Source of the DNA: Micropepsaceae bacterium
GTDB lineage: Bacteria; Pseudomonadota; Alphaproteobacteria; Micropepsales; Micropepsaceae
Direction of reading: 5' to 3'
Assembly: GCA_965227535.1 (NCBI GenBank)
Contig: OZ245761.1
Span: forward strand, 4,733,366-4,797,365
Length of the DNA stretch: 64,000 nt
Position numbers and translations under genes: made by a program. Position 1 is the stretch's first letter. Every line of letters begins with the position of its first letter. Below, one piece after another: positions 36,596 through 43,742 of the stretch. The notes under the pieces were generated by a model, which made no database searches, had not been told where the DNA came from, and saw only the letters and a list, made by a program, of their open reading frames with translations.

Positions 36596-37468
36596 TTGGG
36601 GCTTTTTGGCCGGACAGATGGGTGGGGCGTAAGTGCCGTGACGTGTGACTCCGGCAGTATTCTCGGCTGCACGATCGCAAGCTTCCCGTTGATCATCGGG
36701 GGATTGGCGGCGCTCGTGCTGCTGTTGCTCGGCATCCGCTTCGCGCTCAGCATGCGCGACAACTGGCGCCGCCCACCCGAAGCACGGCCCGAGCCAAAGC
36801 CCGCACGCCAAGTCACCCCCGGCAGTCCGCTACACCCGCCACCGGCAAACGCAACGCCGGAGAAGCCGAAGGCCCCAGCGCCGCGCCCACCGGCAAAACC
36901 GACGCCGCTGCAACTCAGCCTGTCTGATCCGCCCGATCTGTCGCTCGCCGACTTCCAGGGCGACAACAACGTCCAGGGCGACTTCGGCGAACTCATGACT
37001 GCCGTCGTCCTCGGTTCGCAAGGCTGGAAGCAACTGCCCTCGAAGCTCCAGGGCCGCCGCGGCATCGATGGATTGTTCGTGCGCGAAGTACGCGGTGGCG
37101 GCGGCTATGAATGCCTTGCGACGGAAACGAAGACGAACAGCGGCGGCTACGAACCGAAATCGATGGCGGACGAAAAACTCGCCGCCGACATCGCCGCGCT
37201 CTACGAAGTCGGCGCGCTAACCAAATCGAACGCCGACGAACTCCTGCGCGCGCTCGATCAAGGCGCCTCCTTCTTCCGCAAGGAACTCTGGCGTCACGAC
37301 CTGTCGAACGGCATGACGACGATCAACGAGCTCGGCCGCAAGGGCGAGAAGGGCCGCTCCGTCACGCGCTCCAACGCGCGCCTGATGGCAGCACTCCACA
37401 TGTCCCTGGAACGCTTCGACCGCCGCTCCGTCTACCTCGGCCGCCCACCCGTCGACGACGAAGCCTAG
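36596..37468 (+). CDS. Membrane-anchored protein with a proline-rich linker and a PD-(D/E)xK-like putative nuclease domain
   Basis: TM helix FPLIIGGLAALVLLLLGIRFAL and a ~60-aa Pro-rich linker. Then GDFGELMTAVVLGSQGW...GRRGIDGLFVRE...YECLATETKT, giving an E132...D158...E177-x-K179 arrangement. TTG start at 36596; an alternative GTG lies at 36638. Confidence 0.6.
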   Translation: MGLFGRTDGWGVSAVTCDSGSILGCTIASFPLIIGGLAALVLLLLGIRFALSMRDNWRRPPEARPEPKPARQVTPGSPLHPPPANATPEKPKAPAPRPPAKPTPLQLSLSDPPDLSLADFQGDNNVQGDFGELMTAVVLGSQGWKQLPSKLQGRRGIDGLFVREVRGGGGYECLATETKTNSGGYEPKSMADEKLAADIAALYEVGALTKSNADELLRALDQGASFFRKELWRHDLSNGMTTINELGRKGEKGRSVTRSNARLMAALHMSLERFDRRSVYLGRPPVDDEA

Positions 37469-40400
37469 CGCGCGGCGATAGAGCCGATGACGTCGAAGTC
37501 GCCGGCCATCACGGCGTCGAACTTTCCCGACCGCCACGCCTTCTTCCCGTCGCGCACCAGCGGCGAAGCGCCGCCGCGATACCGCCGCACGACCGTGTTC
37601 GAAGTCCCCGCGCGCTCAATCGTCGCGCGCAACGTCTTCGCCGCGCTCGACGCCGGTAGGTCGCCGAGCGGCGCGGCGGCCACGCGCACGCGCGCAATCA
37701 CCCGCGAACTCTCATCGTCGTCGTTGGCTTCGAGGACGTGCAGGCCAACCTCGTCGGTAAGCAGGCGAAACGCGCCGAATCCTGACACCGTCAGCACGAC
37801 GTCATTGCCCATCGCGTAGTCGTCGATCTGCATCCCGCGCTTGGCGGCCCACCCACGATACATCTTCAGAACCTGCGCACACCAAGCCCGCGCCGCGTGC
37901 GCATCGGCCGCCCCTTCAAGCGCAGGCTCGACGGAAAGCACTGCCTCGATCGGCGCATCGCTCAAAGCATCCTCGACGCCCATCTGGGTCACGAATATCT
38001 GCCGCGCCAACCGCCCCATGACTTCGCTCGAATGCCCGCGCGCATCGCGTGACTTGTCCAGCCTTTCGCGCAAAGACTCGACCGTCTGCATCGCGGCCTT
38101 CACGCGATCCATCAATGCATAGCGCGCCAGCACGCCATGCCGGTCGGCGCGCGACCAGAAAGCAGCGTCCGCCATTTGCCCACCGAGCTGCGCCGCCAAG
38201 CTCGTCCACGCTTCGCTATTGAGCCGCACTTTGAGCGCGCTGTACTCGCTCTCCAACACCGACCGTTCCGCAGCCGATCCCTGGCTGTTGTGCACGATCT
38301 CAGCCAGCGACACGCCGCCCGCAGGCACGACCGCCGCCGCGTCCGACGTCTCCGCATCCGGATCGACGAACTCGACCTGAATGGCCTTGCCATCGCTGCG
38401 CACGAACAGAAACTGATCGCCTTCCGGAAACCGGTGCTCGACAATCGTGGCGGCGAGTGGCGCCAACAAATACTGATCGATCGCACGCTTCAATGGCCGC
38501 GCACCCAATTCCGGTGAGAATCCGCGATCAAGCAAAAACTCCAGCGCCGAGTTCTCCCACTCGACCGCCCAGTCGCGATTGCGCAAGCCGCGCCGTTCCA
38601 GAACGTTGCGCAGTTCCTTTTGCAAGATCTGCCGCATCAAATCGCGTCGCAGCGGCTGGAACACGATCACCTTGTCCAGCCGGTTCACGAACTCCGGCCG
38701 GAACGCCTGACCGATCGCCTGCATGATCTGATCCGACGAGAACGCCGCCGCCTTCGCGCCGAAGCCAAGCGCCGGCGCCTGATGCGACGTGGCCCCCAAA
38801 TTCGACGTCAGAATGATGATGCAATGCCGGAAGTCGGCGACGTTCCCGCCGCCATCGCTCAGCCGCCCATCGTCGAACACCTGAAGGAACAAGTCCCACA
38901 CATTGCCGTGCGCCTTCTCGAACTCGTCCAGTAACACGACGGAGAACGGCTGCTTGCGCACGCGATTGATCAAAGACTCCGTCTGCCCGCCGCCCGGATC
39001 GCCGATAATCTTGTTCAACGACTCCGGTGTCTTGAACTCGCTCATATCGAGCCGGATCAACCGCTCATCCGACCCGAACAAAAACTCGGCTAGCGTCTTC
39101 GCAAGCTCCGTCTTGCCCGTGCCCGTCGGCCCAGCAAATAGGAACACACCGATCGGCTTCGTATGATCGGTTAGCCCGGCCTTCAGCATCGCAATCCGGT
39201 CAACGACCGATCCCACTGCTTCGGCCTGACCCATCACACGCGCGTCGAAGAACTGCCGCACCTCGTTAAGCTCGACCCGCTCGTTCCCGTCCAGAATCGC
39301 AACCGGCAACCCCGTCACCTGCGAGAGGGTCAGCAGAATATCGCCCGGCGCGATCGCCTTCGCGCCTTCACCGACGCAGCGGTTGAACGTCAGCTTGATG
39401 AGGTCGAGCACGCCACCCGGCAATTGCGATGTGCCCAAATACTGCCGTGCCAGCTGCATTGCTTGCGATCCCGTTTCGGGATCGAAGGTGACCTTCGACT
39501 CCTTCGTAAGCGCCTGCAGATAAATCTCGACGAACTTCGCCGCGCGCTCTTCCGGCATCGGCACAATTGGCGCGCCCTCGAACACGCCCTTCAGGTTCGG
39601 CCGCAACTGAAGAAGCTGCGTCAGCTTCGTCGGCGTCGCCTCACTGATGATGATCAGCCGCCCCGCCATGATCGCTGGTAACACCTGATCCAAAATACTC
39701 GCCGTCTGCCCGTGATGCGTCCCGCTCACCGCGATCTGCAGAATATCCGGCACGTACCAAATGGTGCGCTTATCGGCGGTCAGTTCGGCCACCATCCGAC
39801 GCACGCGTTCTTCAAGCTGCCCGATATAGGACTGCCCCGCCTGCACCTCAGGCCCGCCAGCCTCAAAGATCGTCCAGCCCTTCGCGATCAACCGGTCGCC
39901 GAGCAAACGCAAGAACGCGCTCTTGCCGACCTTCGCGTCGCCACGCACGATCAACGACCGCGCCGGAGAACGCACCAACGCGTTCTCCGCCGAACCGAGC
40001 AGATCCTTCCACTCCTCGGGCTCGATCAACAAATCATCCGACGTCGACCAAAACCGCCCGAACGCCTCCAGGAAAGCGCGATCAAGCTTCGCCGCGCGCG
40101 CGGTCTTCAAGTCCGCGATCAACGCCGTCGCAAACGGATGATCGAGGCTCTTTAAAAACCCTTCGATGTCCGCCGGATCGGACGCATAGGACGCCGTCGC
40201 CGCCGGTCCGAACTTCGGCTTGTCGCCCAACTTCTCGACGCGCGTGAAGTAAGCGCGGAAGAGGCCCGGAATAATCAGATTGTCCTGCCACCACGAATCC
40301 GCCGCCGCCGCCGGCCCGCCAGGCAACGGCCGCTGCTTCAGCGAACTTAGATACTCCAGCGCGTAATGCATCGCCCACGGCCGCAGTCGCCCGAAGAACG

Positions 40401-40806
40401 CGAGCACGTCTTTCGACGCCTGTTGTCCGTCCGCGCGCTCCGTCAGCGCAGCAAGCGCCGCGCACGACATCGTCCAGTTCGCACCCAGCGCATACTGGGT
40501 CACCGTCTCAAGCGGCACGTTCGTATCCGCAAGCAGCGCGACCGCTTCGACAAACTCGCTGCGATCGGAAAGCTCGCGCGGATGCGCCGTCGCGTCCCCG
40601 AAAGCCTCAAGCGGGACACTGAACCGATGCAGTTTCGCGCTCAGCGCCTCGGCGCCGGCAACCGGAGCTGTTGCTTCCAGGGCGTCAGGTGTGGGCGCGG
40701 GCGTCGGGTCCGGCGCGCCGCTCTTCGCACCCCGCGTCTCGAGGATTCCGTAACCAACGGCGAGACCCGCGGCAAACCCAACGAGCAGGAAGAGAAGAAT
40801 GGTCAT
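37465..40806 (-). CDS. Membrane-anchored Clp/Hsp100-type double AAA+ ATPase with a C-terminal class-I release-factor-like domain lacking GGQ
   Basis: 1113 aa in total.
- N-terminal TM: MTILLFLLVGFAAGLAVGYGIL.
- Helical region: aa ~50-270.
- D1: Walker A GDAKVGKS (aa 289-296), but the Walker B region reads IWYVPD.
- D2: canonical GPTGTGKT (aa 559-566), VVLLDEFEKAH, IIILTSN, FRPEFVNRLD, GARPLKR (ClpB_D2-small).
- aa ~850-1113: RF blocks FWSRADRH, AWCAQVLKMYRGWAAKRG, SGFGAFRLLTDEVGLHVL, VRRYRGG...AVMAGDFD. Confidence 0.9.
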   Translation of the reverse strand: MTILLFLLVGFAAGLAVGYGILETRGAKSGAPDPTPAPTPDALEATAPVAGAEALSAKLHRFSVPLEAFGDATAHPRELSDRSEFVEAVALLADTNVPLETVTQYALGANWTMSCAALAALTERADGQQASKDVLAFFGRLRPWAMHYALEYLSSLKQRPLPGGPAAAADSWWQDNLIIPGLFRAYFTRVEKLGDKPKFGPAATASYASDPADIEGFLKSLDHPFATALIADLKTARAAKLDRAFLEAFGRFWSTSDDLLIEPEEWKDLLGSAENALVRSPARSLIVRGDAKVGKSAFLRLLGDRLIAKGWTIFEAGGPEVQAGQSYIGQLEERVRRMVAELTADKRTIWYVPDILQIAVSGTHHGQTASILDQVLPAIMAGRLIIISEATPTKLTQLLQLRPNLKGVFEGAPIVPMPEERAAKFVEIYLQALTKESKVTFDPETGSQAMQLARQYLGTSQLPGGVLDLIKLTFNRCVGEGAKAIAPGDILLTLSQVTGLPVAILDGNERVELNEVRQFFDARVMGQAEAVGSVVDRIAMLKAGLTDHTKPIGVFLFAGPTGTGKTELAKTLAEFLFGSDERLIRLDMSEFKTPESLNKIIGDPGGGQTESLINRVRKQPFSVVLLDEFEKAHGNVWDLFLQVFDDGRLSDGGGNVADFRHCIIILTSNLGATSHQAPALGFGAKAAAFSSDQIMQAIGQAFRPEFVNRLDKVIVFQPLRRDLMRQILQKELRNVLERRGLRNRDWAVEWENSALEFLLDRGFSPELGARPLKRAIDQYLLAPLAATIVEHRFPEGDQFLFVRSDGKAIQVEFVDPDAETSDAAAVVPAGGVSLAEIVHNSQGSAAERSVLESEYSALKVRLNSEAWTSLAAQLGGQMADAAFWSRADRHGVLARYALMDRVKAAMQTVESLRERLDKSRDARGHSSEVMGRLARQIFVTQMGVEDALSDAPIEAVLSVEPALEGAADAHAARAWCAQVLKMYRGWAAKRGMQIDDYAMGNDVVLTVSGFGAFRLLTDEVGLHVLEANDDDESSRVIARVRVAAAPLGDLPASSAAKTLRATIERAGTSNTVVRRYRGGASPLVRDGKKAWRSGKFDAVMAGDFDVIGSIAAR

Positions 40807-40815
40807 GGGACAAGG

Positions 40816-41664
40816 TTATGCCGCTTGCGGCCGCCCGCCCGCAACGCTGGTGCGGAACATTTCGCGCCGCTGCCCGTGATAATCGTTGAGCGCGTTGTGC
40901 TGCGTCGCCCGGTTGTCCCAGATGGTTAGCGTACCTTTCGCCCACCGCACCCGGCAGGTGAAATTCTCGTTCGTCTGGTGGCGATAGATGTGCTGCAGCA
41001 ACGCCTGGCTCTCAGGCACGCTCCACCCCTCGAACCGCTTCGTGTAGACCGGATTGACGTAAAGCGCGGCCCGGCCGCTGTCCGGATGCCGGATCACAGC
41101 CGGATGCACGAACTCTTGAAACGCCTCGTCCGACGGCACGATCGCCGTCGACATCTTGTCCTTCACCCGGTCGAGATACCCGCCGGTGCCGTAAGCCGCG
41201 CCCGCCGAATGCACCGCGCGCAAATGCTTCAACGTCGCCTTCAGTCCCTCCGACAGCGTCTCATAGGCGAGATACTGGTTCTGAAACACCGTGTCCCCGC
41301 CATAGTCCGGCACGTCATGTGCGTAGAGACACGTAAAACTCGGCGGCGCCTCGAGATACGAAAGGTCCGAATGCCAAGCGTTGGCGAAGTTCAACTTGTC
41401 CTCGCGCTCCTTCAAAACGCGAATGACGTAGGGCCGGTCGGGCAGCGGCTTCACGAACGGCGTCACCGCGCGTCCGCCAAGCTCATCCGTCACCCGCTCC
41501 AGATCGTCGAGCGACATCGACTGATCCGGCACCGTCACGACCAGATGCTCCGTCAACGCCGCGCGCAACACCGCAACGTCGCTCGCGCCAAGCGGCCGCG
41601 ATAGATCAAGCCCACGCACCTCCGCGCCAAGCGCGCCTGCCAGCCGCGAAACCTTGACGGCCAT
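40816..41664 (-). CDS. TauD/TfdA-family Fe(II)/2-oxoglutarate-dependent dioxygenase
   Basis: Start reset to MAVKVSRLAGALGAEVRGLDLS; its ATG overlaps the upstream stop (TAATG). WHSDLSY (HxD motif), ...VHPAVIRHPDSGR..., WDNRATQH. Confidence 0.9.
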   Translation of the reverse strand: MAVKVSRLAGALGAEVRGLDLSRPLGASDVAVLRAALTEHLVVTVPDQSMSLDDLERVTDELGGRAVTPFVKPLPDRPYVIRVLKEREDKLNFANAWHSDLSYLEAPPSFTCLYAHDVPDYGGDTVFQNQYLAYETLSEGLKATLKHLRAVHSAGAAYGTGGYLDRVKDKMSTAIVPSDEAFQEFVHPAVIRHPDSGRAALYVNPVYTKRFEGWSVPESQALLQHIYRHQTNENFTCRVRWAKGTLTIWDNRATQHNALNDYHGQRREMFRTSVAGGRPQAA

Positions 41665-42833
41665 TACGGCGCCGGCTCCAGCTTCAGCACCCGCCCATCC
41701 GGATAATCCGTCGTCACATAGACATAGCCGTCCGGGCTGACTCGCACATCGCGAATGCGCTCGCCCAGCTTGGTCAGCAATTGCTCCTGACTGACGACGT
41801 GGCCGCGCTCGTCGAGATGCACGCGGCGCAAGTGCTTGAACGCCAGTGCACCGACCAGAAGGTCGCCGTTCCAAGCCGGAAACTTATCGCCGCGATAGAC
41901 GGCCAAACCCGACGGCGCAATCGATGGCGTCCAATAGACGACCGGCTGCTCCATCCCCGGCCGCTCCTTGAACGGCGAAACGAACGCACCCGTGTAATCG
42001 CGTCCATAGGTAATGACGGGCCAACCGTAGTTCTTGCCCGCTTCAATGATGTTCAACTCATCGCCGCCCTGAGGACCATGCTCCGTCTCAAACAGAATGC
42101 CGCGCTCACTGTCGAACACGAGACCCTGCTCATTGCGATGACCAAGCGAATAGATCTCCGGCCGCACGCCCTCGCGCCCGGTGAACGGGTTGTCTTGCGG
42201 AATCGTCCCATCGTCGTTCAAGCGAACGATCTTGCCGAGATGCGACCCAAGATTCTGCGCTTGCTCGCGATACTCAAACCCGTCGCCCACCAGAAGCGTG
42301 AACGTCCCATCCGGCAGAAACACCAGCCGGCCGCCATAGTGGTTGTTCGTATCCTTCGGCGGCTTCGCCTCGAAGATCACCTGCAGATCCTGCAGTGCGC
42401 CGCCGTCAAAACGAGCGCGCGCCACACGCGTCATGTTCGCAGTGTTCGTGCCATGCGCGTAGGTCAGATAGACAAGACTGTTCTCCGCAAACTTGGGATG
42501 CAGCACGATGTCGAAGAGCCCGGCCTGACTGCCCAGATGCACCGGCGGCACGCCCGTGATCGGCGCGGCGACCAACTGCCCGTCTTTGATCAACCGCAAT
42601 TGGCCCTTGCGCTCCGTGACCAGCATCGAGCCGTCTGGCAGGAACGCGATCGAATACGGATGATCGAGTCCCTTCGCGACTTCGGTCACCTTGTAGCCCG
42701 TCTCAACCACCTGCACCGGTCCCGGCGGCGGCGGAGGCGCGGGCGGCTCAGGCGGCGGCACATCGGCAAGCGCCATGCCGCCCGCCAGCGACGCGGCAAT
42801 CACGAACCCCGGAATCAACCGTGCGACAGTCAT
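41664..42833 (-). CDS. PQQ-dependent sugar (glucose/sorbosone) dehydrogenase, soluble beta-propeller type
   Basis: Start reset to MTVARLIPGFVIAASLAGGMALA (GAGGGGA RBS). LDHPYSIAFLPDGSMLVTERKGQLRLI, HYGGRLVFLPDG, GHRNEQGL, PSGLAVY. Confidence 0.9.
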   Translation of the reverse strand: MTVARLIPGFVIAASLAGGMALADVPPPEPPAPPPPPGPVQVVETGYKVTEVAKGLDHPYSIAFLPDGSMLVTERKGQLRLIKDGQLVAAPITGVPPVHLGSQAGLFDIVLHPKFAENSLVYLTYAHGTNTANMTRVARARFDGGALQDLQVIFEAKPPKDTNNHYGGRLVFLPDGTFTLLVGDGFEYREQAQNLGSHLGKIVRLNDDGTIPQDNPFTGREGVRPEIYSLGHRNEQGLVFDSERGILFETEHGPQGGDELNIIEAGKNYGWPVITYGRDYTGAFVSPFKERPGMEQPVVYWTPSIAPSGLAVYRGDKFPAWNGDLLVGALAFKHLRRVHLDERGHVVSQEQLLTKLGERIRDVRVSPDGYVYVTTDYPDGRVLKLEPAP

Positions 42834-42973
42834 GGAATGCGTCCCCTCACGTGTTGCGGCGCGCTGTATATTAAGGAGCGTCTGGCGCTGACAGCGGCAT
42901 TTCGATAGTGCAAGACACGGAACCCTATTTCGATGCATAAGAAAAGGGCAAGGGCAGAAGGGGAGGGCGCGCC

Positions 42974-43435
42974 ATGGTGCGCAGACTTGTCGGTTTTGTG
43001 ATCGCGGCGCTGGTGATGATCGTCCTCGGCTCGATCGCGCATTCGCTGATGGTGCAAAGCGCCTGGGCCGACGCGGTAGCCATGACCGAAGGCGCCCCCG
43101 GCGCGCTCACCATCGGCGACCGGGTCAACTGGATCGTGAGCGACATCGTAGGCATGGAAACGAATGTGCCGCCCTACGGTGCATTGACCACAATCGCGCT
43201 GTTGATTGCGTTCCTGGCCGCAGGGCTGCTGGCGCGCTTCACCGGTTTGCGCCCCATCGTCTTCGCGGTTGCCGGCGCGGTCGCGATCTTCGTTCTGTTC
43301 TTCCTACTGAAGTGGCAACTCGGCACCGTCGGCGTGTTCGGCGCACGCGGCGTGTTGGGCGTCAGCTTGCAGATGGCTGCGGGTTTGATCGCAGGCCTGG
43401 TCTTCGCCCAGTTGACGACGCCGCGCGATGCCTGA
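42974..43435 (+). CDS. Hypothetical 4-TM membrane protein
   Basis: GGGGAGGG RBS, four hydrophobic segments. No family recognised. Confidence 0.5.
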   Translation: MVRRLVGFVIAALVMIVLGSIAHSLMVQSAWADAVAMTEGAPGALTIGDRVNWIVSDIVGMETNVPPYGALTTIALLIAFLAAGLLARFTGLRPIVFAVAGAVAIFVLFFLLKWQLGTVGVFGARGVLGVSLQMAAGLIAGLVFAQLTTPRDA

Positions 43436-43441
43436 GATATC

Positions 43442-43672
43442 GTGCGCGCAATGACGACCCAGTCTCCCGACTCGCCGCAAGCCAAGTTCATCAGCACGCT
43501 GAAAATCGGCGTGGTCTTCGTGGTTGTTGCGCTTCTGGGCTTCGGCCTCGCGCGGTATCTCGAAGAGGGTAAGCGTTTCGACTTCGGTTCGTGGGTCATC
43601 ATCGCCGTACTCGCCGCCGCAGTCGTAGTTACGGCGGCAATCCGCGCCGCAATGGCCATGCGGAAAAAATAG
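43442..43672 (+). CDS. Small hypothetical 2-TM membrane protein
   Basis: Two TM segments (IGVVFVVVALLGFGLA and WVIIAVLAAAVVVTAAI). Its last codons (ATGGCCATGCGGAAAAAATAG) overlap what looks like the natural 5' end of the downstream MFS gene in another frame. Confidence 0.4.
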   Translation: MRAMTTQSPDSPQAKFISTLKIGVVFVVVALLGFGLARYLEEGKRFDFGSWVIIAVLAAAVVVTAAIRAAMAMRKK

Positions 43673-43742
43673 CGGTCGGACCACAATTTTCACACGCAAC
43701 CTCCTCCTGTTCCTCGGCTCGCGCTTCGCGGGCACGGTCGCG

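Noticed and set aside
38983-38991. A GGQ tripeptide (aa 606-608, PGGGQTES) inside the AAA+/RF-like protein, which could be mistaken for the release-factor catalytic motif.
   Set aside because: It lies in the D2 ATPase module, at the position of the conserved Clp/Hsp100 ...EGGQLTE... segment. This is about 250 residues upstream of the RF-like region. The RF-like region itself has no GGQ.
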